Shown piece after piece: positions 9,310-19,168 of a DNA stretch of 64,000 nt; the first letter of the stretch is position 1; every line of letters begins with the position of its first letter. Source of the DNA: a virus; the IMG/VR virus record IMGVR_UViG_3300028666_000002. One strand, 5' to 3'. The translations under genes and the position numbers were made by a program. Below the pieces are notes generated by a model, which saw only the letters and a program-made list of their open reading frames with translations, searched no databases and was not told the DNA's origin.

Positions 9310-10562
9310 TTATATAAATAGATCGAAAAACCATCCAGCCACCAACAACGGCCATAGAAAGGCCATCATTAGCCTAGCCAATAGGCTTACAACTGGTGGA
9401 CTACTCATCACGCTGCTTCTAGCCTCTTTGTTTATGTGAAGGTCCATCTCTCCAACAATAAGGCCTATAACAAGATAAGTAGTGAATGTCATGAGCTTGA
9501 CCATTCTTCAACAGAAATAGTAGTTTTAAACAAAGTTATACATTCGCAGTTCGGACATGACTGTGTGTGAACCCTTATTCCTTTTTTGACTTTAATCTTT
9601 CCATGAAAATCACAGTTAGAACAATGTACCATTACTTCATAAAAGCTTTGTGCCATTTTTTCTATTTCTTCTTTTACCTTATCCATATTTATTCCTCAAA
9701 AAGAAAGGTTTTGCCCTTTTCATCAATGAAATCTACAATAAGAATACCCCTGAGAAATTCCTTATTGGTTTTCTGTGCATTTTCTAAATCTATAAAGTTC
9801 TTCCACTCTTCTCTGCTTATACGTTCTCCTCCAGAATAATATTCTGCTCCTGGAATCTTTCTAATATCTATCCATCGTGTTTCCTCAAGCTCCGCTGCGC
9901 GTTTGGTAAATATATCCATTTTGATGTAAGCACCAGCATCAGGAATAGGATCGCCTTCCCATGTCTTATAGCCACAACTTTCCACATAAGAAAGTGTTCG
10001 CTTCAACTCATTGTTTATCTCATGGCAAATCATTGGGCTTACTTTGCCCCTATTGTACTTCTTTAAGACTGACACGACACATCTGTAAAAGTACTTTGCG
10101 CCACTTTCATCTTTCTTCTTTTGAGGAAAGAGCGGGGGTGGCATAGTAATATTAACAAACGGTATCATGGCTTAGCCTTGTTAATAGCATCAGAAATCTT
10201 CTTTTGAGCATCTTGGGTATCTCTAAGATTTCCAATAATAGCTTCCTTGTGTTCGCCTTCTTTTTTATCAATAGCACGACTGTCTAAGCGTTCAACTCTT
10301 TCATCAAGAGCAATGTGAATTTGGTCTGCCTCTTTTTCATTTAATTCAACAAATACCTTTTTCATTTTACTCTCCTTTTGTCTAAAGATTGAATACCAAA
10401 TTTAAATTTTTCTATTATCTCCAAACCCGTTGGTGTCCTAAGTTTTATTTCCTCTATAACTTCCGAATGAGTAAGTTCTCTTTTTTGGTCAAAAGAGTAA
10501 ATTCCAGAAGGCTTGGACAGGATAGTTCTTAGATAGTAATCTCTGAATCCTTTATTTGTCAT
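9310..10562 (-). CDS. Run of five small hypothetical genes (9310-9504, 9489-9686 Zn-ribbon, 9689-10168, 10165-10365, 10362-10562)
   Basis: Overlapping stop/start junctions and purine-rich RBSs. Confidence 0.55.
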
Positions 10563-11403
10563 CGCCAGTATCCTTCCATGCTATCGGAATTCTACTTCTG
10601 AGGAACTCTCTGTCTTGGGTAAAAATGGGTGTCTCCGGCAGCCCGTTAGCCCCGGTATAAGAAACCCAGGTTGCTCTGGTTACGGTAGCATCAATAGTAG
10701 CGCCTGGCCACGACACCGCAATCTGGTGAAGTTGTTTCACAATAGCTCTGCCACGCTTCTCACCGCTAGTATAGTCATTCCAGTTAACACCTCTTTGGTG
10801 TAGTAGCTCCTGCAATTGACTGTTGTTCTTGTTGTTACACACTGCATGAGGATAGAGAGCCCTAGCTGCCATCTGTACACTATTCCTCGAAGCGTCTTGT
10901 TGTCTCCAAATAAAATAATTGAAAACCTCCACATGGTCTGGAATCGTGAAGACACGAGAGTCAAACAATGCAGTTTTCACTTCTCCGTTTTTGGTTAGGA
11001 ACTTTTCTAAATCAGACCCATGGTTCAAAGGATTCTCTCTGTGTTTCTGCACTGCTGTGTTGAATGCTGCGGTAGCCATAGATGCAGAGACGGAGGCGAT
11101 CTTTTGGATATTACCGTCAAACCAGGCATCGGTTGTAGGACTAGAAAAGTCCGTCAAGAGTATGGAGATCTCGTCTGATTGGGTATATGCCAATACGGCG
11201 CCCTGGATGCCCTTACATAGGGCGATTGTGGTTTGATCCATGATATTGGATAGGTCTTTATCAAAAGGACGATCAAAACCACGAGTAAGCGTGTGGAATG
11301 CCTTACCATCGATTCGAATGATGGTGTAAGTACGACGCGGAAGCTTCACGAGTGTTCTTTGTTCGTAATTTTCTTTCATCCGTTTACCTAGTTCGTCGTT
11401 CAT
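10552..11403 (-). CDS. thg1: tRNA(His) guanylyltransferase Thg1-like protein (3'-5' polymerase)
   Basis: 'RMKENYE', 'IIRIDGKAFHTLT', 'YTQSDEISIL', 'FDGNIQK', 'FDSRVF', 'YFIWRQQDASRNS', 'KRG'. Confidence 0.95.
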   Translation of the reverse strand: MNDELGKRMKENYEQRTLVKLPRRTYTIIRIDGKAFHTLTRGFDRPFDKDLSNIMDQTTIALCKGIQGAVLAYTQSDEISILLTDFSSPTTDAWFDGNIQKIASVSASMATAAFNTAVQKHRENPLNHGSDLEKFLTKNGEVKTALFDSRVFTIPDHVEVFNYFIWRQQDASRNSVQMAARALYPHAVCNNKNNSQLQELLHQRGVNWNDYTSGEKRGRAIVKQLHQIAVSWPGATIDATVTRATWVSYTGANGLPETPIFTQDREFLRSRIPIAWKDTGDDK

Positions 11404-11521
11404 AATTTATCCTATAAAGTCAATTTTTCTGTAATGAGATAACTATGCTACCAAATACTGCACCGTACCTATTAAAGAACTGCGACTTTTCCATCTCGTA
11501 TTACTTTTTGCATATCGCCTC

Positions 11522-12079
11522 CTAAAATCTAATACCAACTCCCAAGAGCACAGTGCCGTTCACAGTAGCCTCAACGGTCCCTCTGATATATGAAAAATCA
11601 TGTTGGTACATGAGACCAAAATCAGGTTCATAAAAAGTCTTAGCAGTAAAAGAAGTCGGCCCTGTCTGTGTTGCACTAAGCCCAGTCTGACTTGCCCCAC
11701 CGACAATCGAAAAAGCATTATTGCCTTTTTCTGCTTTCTTTTCTCGATAGAAAACTTCATGCGATTTAACTACATAATTTCTATACACAGAAAGATCATG
11801 TGCTCGCAAACCCTTCAGCTTTTCATTTTCCGCCGATTCAGCTAGCAATTTTTTCTGAAGGTCAACGATATCAGCTTTAAACTGTGCTACTTGAGCCTCC
11901 AATTCCTTAACCTTATCTTCTTGCTGCTTTGTGCGATAAATAATCGTAGGCTTACAATGCACATGCACCGTACCACAGTTCAGATTGTTTGCCGATGCTC
12001 CCGCAGAAACATTGGAATTTGATTGCTCAGCCATTGCCATCGTCGAAACTGCCAGAATCATCATAGTAAGTGTTTTCAT
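11522..12079 (-). CDS. Secreted protein with coiled coil and a C-terminal four-strand outer-membrane beta-barrel segment
   Basis: Signal peptide (AMA-E), coiled coil, amphipathic strands ending 'LLGVGIRF' with terminal Phe. Confidence 0.6.
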   Translation of the reverse strand: MKTLTMMILAVSTMAMAEQSNSNVSAGASANNLNCGTVHVHCKPTIIYRTKQQEDKVKELEAQVAQFKADIVDLQKKLLAESAENEKLKGLRAHDLSVYRNYVVKSHEVFYREKKAEKGNNAFSIVGGASQTGLSATQTGPTSFTAKTFYEPDFGLMYQHDFSYIRGTVEATVNGTVLLGVGIRF

Positions 12080-12094
12080 GTTATCTCCTTTAAA

Positions 12095-13180
12095 TTAATG
12101 TGTAAATGCACTAGCCGGGACAATTGAAGTAGTTCCAAGCCCAGCGTTAGCAGGACCCTTCCATTGCAACGTCAATCCCACATTGGTATTAGGGCCTTGA
12201 AAATATTCGAGATTTAGTTTATGCTCGCCAGAGAACAGAAATTTACTTCCAGAAGTCTGAGTTGCATAAGGTTGAATCTGTGGGATGTTAATGAGCACGG
12301 TGTTGTCAATAGCAAGCTCAGAACCATCGTCACTACCCAAGGTAAACGTGTAATTGCCGCTTTCTGGAATGTTTATCTTACCACTACAGTCAGCTGCCCA
12401 ATTTGTGTCTCCAATCAACGCTTGCTGAGCAGGCGTAAAACCTGTGAACAACACAGTGTCGGATTCATTAGGCACCGCAAAGTTTGCAAGAACCGTCGTG
12501 AATTTGAGAGTACCATCCCCAAACAGCGTAGCCCAATTGACTGTGCTGGCCCAATCGCTAGGAAGAATAGAATAAACACCACACTGCAAGCCAGAACTTA
12601 CTCCTGAAGTTCCAGGCTGACCCTGCGGCCCTTGAGCACCTGTCGCTCCAGTTGCTCCCGTTTCACCCTTAGGACCAATAGCTCCTGTAGCACCAATTGC
12701 GCCCTGAGCACCTGTAGCTCCAGTCGCCCCTGTCTCACCCTTAGGACCAGCAACCCCAGCCAATCCTGTCGGTCCCTGAAGCCCCGCAGGCCCCTGTGGC
12801 CCAGTTGCACCAGTAAGTCCAGTTGCACCAGTAAGTCCAGTGGCTCCTGTTTTACCCACAGCACCCGCTGCGCCAGCAGGCCCAGTTGCGCCAGTAGCAC
12901 CCGTTTTACCTGCGGCACCAGGAGCGCCAGTCAATCCTGTCAAACCCATCGGACCTTGTGGTCCCATGAATCCTTGAAGACCTTGTGGGCCAGTCAACCC
13001 GATAGGGCCTTGTGGACCCTCTGCACCCTGTGGTCCAGCCGGACCTTGTGGCCCAACAGCGCCAGTTTCTCCAATAGAGCTACCCGTTCCCTGTGAACTA
13101 GGTTGGTCTCCCTGAAAGGTCTCTTGCTTACAAGAAGCCAACATAAAAGCCATCAACAGAATTAGAATTTTTGTTTTCAT
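12095..13180 (-). CDS. Lipoprotein with collagen triple-helix repeats and C-terminal PA14 domain
   Basis: Lipobox LASC; about 52 Gly-X-Y triplets; PA14 motif '[25 protein letters not shown]...G.H.LNLEYFQ...GLTLQWKGP....IVP'. Confidence 0.9.
   Translation of the reverse strand: MKTKILILLMAFMLASCKQETFQGDQPSSQGTGSSIGETGAVGPQGPAGPQGAEGPQGPIGLTGPQGLQGFMGPQGPMGLTGLTGAPGAAGKTGATGATGPAGAAGAVGKTGATGLTGATGLTGATGPQGPAGLQGPTGLAGVAGPKGETGATGATGAQGAIGATGAIGPKGETGATGATGAQGPQGQPGTSGVSSGLQCGVYSILPSDWASTVNWATLFGDGTLKFTTVLANFAVPNESDTVLFTGFTPAQQALIGDTNWAADCSGKINIPESGNYTFTLGSDDGSELAIDNTVLINIPQIQPYATQTSGSKFLFSGEHKLNLEYFQGPNTNVGLTLQWKGPANAGLGTTSIVPASAFTH
12605..13072 (-). repeat. Collagen-coding 9-bp periodic repeat
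   Basis: GC-rich Gly-X-Y codons, e.g. duplicated ccagttgcaccagtaagt. Confidence 0.85.
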
Positions 13181-13234
13181 AACTTCTCCTATTAGTTTTA
13201 TACCGCAGCGAGTTGCTGCTGTCCAGCAAATTAT

Positions 13235-13483
13235 TTAAAGTCTTTCTGGTTTTGGAATCGCCTTTGGCCCATCTTCTGGTCCACTTTTTGCATGAGCTTC
13301 AAAATCATTAAACAACTTCTTATGTTCATCAGACTGTTCAGAAATTATTTGCAATTTCGAATACCATTCGGCACCATCTCGATATTCTTGTCCATCATCG
13401 CGAGATTGCCATAGCCAATCATGCGAATTGAGCATGTCGTAGAATTCACCTACATCTATGGGAGGTATTGAAATGTCAGTCAT
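13235..13483 (-). CDS. Hypothetical phage protein
   Basis: 'L.SHDW.W..RDD...YR.G' motif seen in small phage proteins. Confidence 0.55.
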   Translation of the reverse strand: MTDISIPPIDVGEFYDMLNSHDWLWQSRDDGQEYRDGAEWYSKLQIISEQSDEHKKLFNDFEAHAKSGPEDGPKAIPKPERL

Positions 13484-13670
13484 AGTACCCTTCCGTCGCA
13501 GTAAAACCTATAACTAACGATAAAACAATAAACACCATAATACTTCCAAGCACTGGATATTCAGTAATGAGATAATAGCCTCCAGCTAAGCTTCCCCACA
13601 AAATTGCCACCATCAGAATCATCATTCCTAAGATAGATGCCCCTACGGCTAGAATTTTAAAGATAATCAT
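13476..13670 (-). CDS. Small membrane protein
   Basis: Two TM helices. Confidence 0.55.
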   Translation of the reverse strand: MIIFKILAVGASILGMMILMVAILWGSLAGGYYLITEYPVLGSIMVFIVLSLVIGFTATEGYYD

Positions 13671-14014
13671 TTTTCTTCCTCGCTTCCCTTCGCTCCGAGC
13701 GCGGCTTCACTCGTGACTAACGCTCGCTGAGCATATTCTTTATAAAAGCACATACCGTCTTTACAAGGCCCCCGCACCTGTTTCTCTATTGGATGGGCAT
13801 ACCAAATAGCTGGAGTTGACTTATTTTCTAATTCTTCTAATTCTTTCAATTCTTGTTCAATCATTTTTGGCCTCTTTATAGGGAATAAGAACACCAAATT
13901 CTTTGGCTATCTCCCTTATAATCTCTTTCTCTGTCAATCCTTCAGGATGTTTTTCCAAAATAAGAACGATAAGCTCTTCGATATCATCATCGTCAAGCGG
14001 CGCAACGTGTGAAC

Positions 14015-14398
14015 TCATGATTTATCTCCATAAAGTTTATCGATTACTACCTGCATTCTCTTACGACCTACCGGATTGCTCGAAACTATCATAATCTTTT
14101 CAGGAAGATACTGTGGATATTCTTCCAAGAAGCACATGATGTCATATCCGGTTTTCTCTCTCCCATTCTCATCATAACAACCCAAATCATGATCCAAATA
14201 GAGTAGTTGCCATTTTTCACTTTTCAAAGCCGACAACCCTTCATCGTAGGTTCGACATACCAGGGTAGCCTTGATATTCCTCTTATCGTCAATCAAGAGC
14301 ACCCTAGGCCTTGTAGCTCTATACATAATGAGAAGCCACAAGCTAAAGAGAAGAGGAATGATAGTCAGCTTAAGAAGTGGTGTAAAAAGTATGACCAT
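14015..14398 (-). CDS. Cyclic-phosphate-processing receiver (cREC) domain protein with N-terminal hydrophobic segment
   Basis: 'LLIDD.R', 'RTYDE', 'LYLDHDLG', 'KTGYD', 'SSNPVGR..M'. Confidence 0.85.
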   Translation of the reverse strand: MVILFTPLLKLTIIPLLFSLWLLIMYRATRPRVLLIDDKRNIKATLVCRTYDEGLSALKSEKWQLLYLDHDLGCYDENGREKTGYDIMCFLEEYPQYLPEKIMIVSSNPVGRKRMQVVIDKLYGDKS

Positions 14399-14575
14399 TT
14401 ACCATCCCTCTTCATCGTCCGCTTCTTCAGCAGTGAAGTCCAGAATATCATCGCCTTCATCGTCTGCATCAATAGCTTCTTGCAGAGCTTCCTTTACGGC
14501 TTCTTTGATATCTTCCTCATCATCGCTGGGAGAAAGAATATTTTGTAAATGTATGATAACATTATACTTCTTCAT
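14399..14575 (-). CDS. Small very acidic protein (58 aa, below the ORF-track cutoff)
   Basis: MKKYNVIIHLQNILSPSDDEEDIKEAVKEALQEAIDADDEGDDILDFTAEEADDEEGW*; AGGAGG RBS. Confidence 0.7.
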   Translation of the reverse strand: MKKYNVIIHLQNILSPSDDEEDIKEAVKEALQEAIDADDEGDDILDFTAEEADDEEGW

Positions 14576-14583
14576 AATTCCTC

Positions 14584-14817
14584 CTATCGAGAAAGCTCTA
14601 CGATAATATGTTGCATTACCCCAATTTTCACTTTTGGGTTTACGCCAACCTTAATCAGTCCACTCAATAGGGTGGTCGTGGTTACATCCACAAAGGTCTT
14701 ATGGGTAATAACCCGAAAGCTACCTAAGGGAAACGTAAGAATCTCCTCAATCGTAACGTAACGTGACAGTTCCTTATCATACAACTTTCGATTAGAATAC
14801 TTTATAATATTTTTCAT
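14584..14817 (-). CDS. PhaR-type (PHB_acc_N) DNA-binding domain protein
   Basis: 'IIKYSNRKLYDKELSRYVTIEEI...FRVI..KT..DVT..TL'; start at ATG 14817 with AGGAG RBS. Confidence 0.85.
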   Translation of the reverse strand: MKNIIKYSNRKLYDKELSRYVTIEEILTFPLGSFRVITHKTFVDVTTTTLLSGLIKVGVNPKVKIGVMQHIIVELSR

Positions 14818-14830
14818 ATTTACTCCTTTG

Positions 14831-15190
14831 TTACAGCTTTTTATAATTCTTTTCAATCCAAGTAGCAATCGCTCTAAAACTAGCACCGCCATCATTGGCT
14901 TCAGCTAGACTATCAAATCCAAAATATCCCTTGCCGCGTCTAACTTTTACGCTTCCTTCATTTGGTGCGCCAAGGCAATCCTTAACATCACATGCGGAGA
15001 ATTCTTCTCCACTCAAATCTTCATTAGTACCAATTACATCTTCCTCTATTTTACAGATAGTGGCCAGCACACCCAAGCAACAATATTCCACCTTACCATC
15101 ATCAGTTTCCTTTCGAAGCTGTTCTTTATTCTGTTTGAATTTACCAGACCTAAGAGCTTTTACCCATTTCATTGCAAGTTTCTTTTCCAT
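14831..15190 (-). CDS. Conserved phage hypothetical protein
   Basis: 'KWVKALRSG.FKQ...L.....YCCLGVL...LA.AND.G.SF..IA.WIE' family. Confidence 0.7.
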   Translation of the reverse strand: MEKKLAMKWVKALRSGKFKQNKEQLRKETDDGKVEYCCLGVLATICKIEEDVIGTNEDLSGEEFSACDVKDCLGAPNEGSVKVRRGKGYFGFDSLAEANDGGASFRAIATWIEKNYKKL

Positions 15191-15202
15191 ATATCCTCCT
15201 AA

Positions 15203-16054
15203 TTAAACTTCTTCAGTGTGTTCATGTCCACATTCTGGACAGAAGTTATGAAAGTCATCTTTATCCGCAGAACAATTCTCACAAATATAATCTTCAAATT
15301 CTTGTTCTTCTTCAGGCTCTTCCTTTGCTTCTTCCGGTACTTCTGCAGTCTCAGGCCTACCATAAAGCGCCTCTGTGCGAAGCTTCTCGCCCACGGCAAC
15401 CACTTCAAAACGGCAAGTCCTCATTTTTGTGCCTGAGTAATCTGTAGGTACGCAAACAACATCCTTTGGATTGACCTTAACTTCAACCAATTGCGGACCA
15501 AAACCTTTCGCATAATCAAAACATGCAACATGCAAACCAGAAGAGCAGGTTTCATTTGGATTATCATTTACTTGCTCTCTAGGCATCTCACATACTGCAC
15601 CGACACTGTTGTCAAAGGTTCCGGTATGTTTATCTTTAAATTCTGCCGTAACCCCCCTGTACGCTATGAAAAATCCATCCTCCGTAATCGGGTGGCCATT
15701 ATGTGAGAGGAAGGCAAACAATTGAGCCCTAGAGTTATAAGAAGGATTCTGCTTGAGATTCTCCCAAAATTTCAACAGTGGCTCATAAGGAAGTCCCAAA
15801 TCCTTATATTTGAGGATACGAGCATTCAACTCTGATGGAATAGGTTGACCGTCCGTATAGAGTAAACCATCCTTAAGCTCCAGTCCAGTTCCTTCGAAAC
15901 CCTTTTCGACTTCCACAATTGCTGGAATGCTATCCAAATCGCCATTGCGAATACATTCGAGAACATCTTCGAATCGCGAATCTCCCTTAGAGACCACAAC
16001 GGTCTTTCCGAGATAGTTTAGGACAATACTTTGTTCCAATACATGATAGTGCAT
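15203..16054 (-). CDS. rIIB: rIIB-like protein
   Basis: 'FWENL.QNPS', 'PITEDG.FIAYRGV', 'D.HTG.FDNSVG...MPR..V.D.P..TCSSGLHV', 'VKVNPKDVV.VP.DY...KMR.CR'. Confidence 0.9.
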   Translation of the reverse strand: MHYHVLEQSIVLNYLGKTVVVSKGDSRFEDVLECIRNGDLDSIPAIVEVEKGFEGTGLELKDGLLYTDGQPIPSELNARILKYKDLGLPYEPLLKFWENLKQNPSYNSRAQLFAFLSHNGHPITEDGFFIAYRGVTAEFKDKHTGTFDNSVGAVCEMPREQVNDNPNETCSSGLHVACFDYAKGFGPQLVEVKVNPKDVVCVPTDYSGTKMRTCRFEVVAVGEKLRTEALYGRPETAEVPEEAKEEPEEEQEFEDYICENCSADKDDFHNFCPECGHEHTEEV

Positions 16055-16071
16055 ATAATCTCCTTATATTT

Positions 16072-16100
16072 AAGATATCAAATCTGACACATAGTGTCAA
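16072..16100 (-). promoter_or_regulatory. sigma70-type promoter for rIIB
   Basis: TTGACA-17 nt-TATCTT with extended TG. Confidence 0.75.
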
Positions 16101-16102
16101 TA

Positions 16103-16579
16103 CTAAAGTCCAACTTTTTTCAAATCACGAGCAATTTGACGCATTTGAAGCTTAAATCGACGCCGATTTCTTTTGTTGTATTGAACAACGCGCCTATAAT
16201 CTTTGAAATTTCCAGGTAAGGTGACGCCCATCTCTCTCGCTGCGGCGAAGAGAAGTCCCCGCCTAAGGCAATTAAGTGCATACAGTTTTTGGGTTGTCTC
16301 TTGGTCAAATTCGATATTGTCACTAAAACATTCACCGAAGGGATCGACAGGGACATAAGTCTTATCTTTATCTAACCCTAAGGTATTGCTGATTACACTA
16401 CCGGCAAAACAAACGGCACACTGTTTAGTTTGGTTTCCAAATGTGCCAACAGCCCCGGAAGCAGAATGCCATACATTCATATCAATTCGATAATCCTTTC
16501 GCTTTTCAACCTTGGAAAGGTCTTTCACGGCTAACAGCAATAAAGTACTCATTTTCTTGGGCAACTTAGTTTTCTTCAT
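16103..16579 (-). CDS. Hypothetical phage protein
   Basis: 'IDM..WH...CAVCFAG'; inserted between rIIA and rIIB. Confidence 0.6.
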   Translation of the reverse strand: MKKTKLPKKMSTLLLLAVKDLSKVEKRKDYRIDMNVWHSASGAVGTFGNQTKQCAVCFAGSVISNTLGLDKDKTYVPVDPFGECFSDNIEFDQETTQKLYALNCLRRGLLFAAAREMGVTLPGNFKDYRRVVQYNKRNRRRFKLQMRQIARDLKKVGL

Positions 16580-18600
16580 GGTTTCTCCTCGTATTTTGCA
16601 TTCACGTAATATACTAGTTCCTGTACCTTTGAATTGTAGGGAGTGTAATCCCCAACCAAAGGATACTTTGTCTTGATTAGGTTTTCAATCTTTTTATCCT
16701 GCGCTGCGAAATCTTTTACCTCTTTTTCCTTCCTTGCAATGGTCATAAGTGCATTAGGAATATGGTCAGCAGATGTCACATGGCTGAATTCTTTGTATTC
16801 TGCAATGATATCCACCAATTCCTTATCTTTGATGCCTTTCAGCTTTTCTAAAACCTGGACAATCTCACGATTTTTTGATTCCATATATTTAGCATATCTA
16901 ATCTCTTCTTTATTGGGCTTATACTTATCAAGATACGTCTTAAGAGGAGCAAAGTTAGGGTCGCCCTTAATCATTGAAAGAGACCGCTTTGCAACGCCGC
17001 AGATGCGAGTGCCAGTAGTTCTCAAGTAATCGTCTAGCCCTTCTAAAGTATTCCTATTCCAGCCTGCAGGCATTTCCCAACCGGAAACACCAATGGGCAC
17101 ATAGAACCACTTCTGAGTATTTGTAGAGAGAGTAGTGTGATGAAACCTACCCCCATACCTAAGTGTATGCAGGCAGAACTCTTGCTTATCCCTTGATACC
17201 ACAACCCTTGCAGCCTTAGGCAGGACAACAAATGTAAGCGTTTGGAAGTCCTTGGCATTAACATCCCTGATAACTTGAGAGAATTCGGGATTAGCTGGAA
17301 TTTCCTCAATGAGAATCATCTTTGTGTGCTTCTCGAAGTGCGTCTTGATGCGCTTGTTTTGAGTAATTTTGTTTTCGTTCACATTATTGAAGAAAACGTG
17401 CTCAAGCAATTCCAAGGGAATTCGTTTGTGCTTATCCACCAAATCAACCTTGGTAATTTTTTCAACTCTACGACGACCTCTACCGAGACAATGAATCTCA
17501 GTCATTTTAACCTTTTGAAATAAATCACTTTCTAGGTTACTGCCGTTGATTTGATAGTTACCGTATTTAGCAAACCCACTTTCAACATCGAAATAAGCAT
17601 CCATCTCTTGGTAAGTCTTTACAAACTCACCAGATGTCTTAACAGATTTAAATCTATCAGAAATATGCTTTTTAACTTGCTGTGCTGCTTTTTGTCCAAT
17701 TTGCTCTAGAGCCTTAATACTTCTCTCAGAATCGGCAATAGATTCACGACTAGCCGCTACCTCTACTACACCGTTGCCCAAATGAATCAGCATCTTTTGC
17801 TTAGAAAAGCCCTTTAACTTGTAAAGTGTAGGACACTTGCTCAAAAGCCCATAATCAATCGGATAAGGAATTCCCGAAATGATTGCCAACGCTTCGGTAC
17901 CATATCTTTCATCTACATAAGACGGGATAAGCTGCGAGTTAATAAACTCTACATCGCCAACCCTATAACCCTTTACCAGCGTAGGAACATCCGTAACTCC
18001 CTTGAGATTGGGCTTTTGTTCCCAAAAATAAATAGCTCGCATTACAGCATCGCGAAACTTATTAACATCATAAGGTTTCACTGCGATTTGAATTTCGGTA
18101 CCGTTTTCTTCTTTGGTTTCCTCCACGGCAACCAAATCAAGTCTACCTTGATTATTAGCTCCAATGTGAGCAACGTAACTTCGCTTAGTACCGTCAACAA
18201 AGGTAACAATAGAGAACGAATCGGAATAAGAAAATGCACTTTTTGCGCCTAGACCTAGTCCGCCGATTTCATTATTGTTTTCGCGTTTTGTTGAACTGCC
18301 ATACATGATAAAAACTTGGCTCATTCTCTGGGGATTAACACCGGGACCGTAATCGCGAATCTTCAAAACAGGATTCAACGCAGTCGGCACGGTAATGTCA
18401 AACTTATTATCTTTCTTACCCAACTCAACGTGCGAGTCAAAAGCGTTGGAAATATATTCCTGGGTAAGTGTGCGAATTTTATGAGAATAAATCTTATTTC
18501 TAAGAATTTCTATGATGACACTGCAATCCTGAATACCAAACGATTGAGTTTCACCGACGACATTAGTATCCAAAGTTTTAACATGTTCAAAAAGCTTCAT
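16576..18600 (-). CDS. rIIA: rIIA-like protein (GHKL ATPase N-terminus)
   Basis: 'L..KIYS.KI....EYISNAFDSH', 'IRDYGPG', 'YGSSTKR.NN..IGGLGLGAKSAFSY.DSF', 'SRESI'; start moved to ATG 18600 (AGGAG RBS). Confidence 0.9.
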   Translation of the reverse strand: MKLFEHVKTLDTNVVGETQSFGIQDCSVIIEILRNKIYSHKIRTLTQEYISNAFDSHVELGKKDNKFDITVPTALNPVLKIRDYGPGVNPQRMSQVFIMYGSSTKRENNNEIGGLGLGAKSAFSYSDSFSIVTFVDGTKRSYVAHIGANNQGRLDLVAVEETKEENGTEIQIAVKPYDVNKFRDAVMRAIYFWEQKPNLKGVTDVPTLVKGYRVGDVEFINSQLIPSYVDERYGTEALAIISGIPYPIDYGLLSKCPTLYKLKGFSKQKMLIHLGNGVVEVAASRESIADSERSIKALEQIGQKAAQQVKKHISDRFKSVKTSGEFVKTYQEMDAYFDVESGFAKYGNYQINGSNLESDLFQKVKMTEIHCLGRGRRRVEKITKVDLVDKHKRIPLELLEHVFFNNVNENKITQNKRIKTHFEKHTKMILIEEIPANPEFSQVIRDVNAKDFQTLTFVVLPKAARVVVSRDKQEFCLHTLRYGGRFHHTTLSTNTQKWFYVPIGVSGWEMPAGWNRNTLEGLDDYLRTTGTRICGVAKRSLSMIKGDPNFAPLKTYLDKYKPNKEEIRYAKYMESKNREIVQVLEKLKGIKDKELVDIIAEYKEFSHVTSADHIPNALMTIARKEKEVKDFAAQDKKIENLIKTKYPLVGDYTPYNSKVQELVYYVNAKYEEKP

Positions 18601-18622
18601 TTGTAATCTCCTTATATTGAGA

Positions 18623-19101
18623 TTAACTGATTTGCTGCAGCGTGTCAATATCTTTTAAAAACTTTTCCAACCAAACCTTGTATTCTTCAAAATTCCCAGG
18701 AATATCATGTACCAATAAGGTGTGTCGGGTAGCTAACCATGTTTGAGAAGTGTCATCCTCAATAGCCAAATCCATTATGGGCTTATCCTCTTCTTTAGCA
18801 TCATATATGCTGTACTTACTCTCGGCTGTGGCTATAATACCGTGAGCCTCAAGTTTCTTTACCCATTCGGTTGTAAATGAAAACAAGCTAGACCAAACTA
18901 TCTCAATCATTCCCATTCCTTTTTGGTTTCAGGCGTATATTTAATTAACACATTCTTTTCTGCCGCATCAACTGCTTCGCAAAGCTTTAAATACGTTGTG
19001 TAGTACTTACCGTTGCTTTGTGCCTGCAGTCGCAACTTCTCTGTAAGCCTAACTAACTTCTTCATATGTTTAGCGTATCGAATTTTCACTTTTCCTCCCA
19101 A
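18623..19101 (-). CDS. Two hypothetical genes (18623-18916, 18907-about 19090)
   Basis: Tightly packed ORFs on the coding strand. Confidence 0.5.
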
Positions 19102-19168
19102 GGGTTAGTGGCTAGGATGGTCGTTTCGGAATGCTCAGAGTAGAGCACGCCACCCTAGCCACCAGATA

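Noticed and set aside
12221-13096. Overlapping ORFs 12221..12607, 12598..12918 and 12632..13096
   Set aside because: Shadow frames created by the GC-rich collagen repeat; no RBS or domain signal
19108-19162. Hammerhead ribozyme (CTGA...GAAAC on the minus strand)
   Set aside because: Core reads CTGAGCA rather than CTGANGA and stem II cannot form
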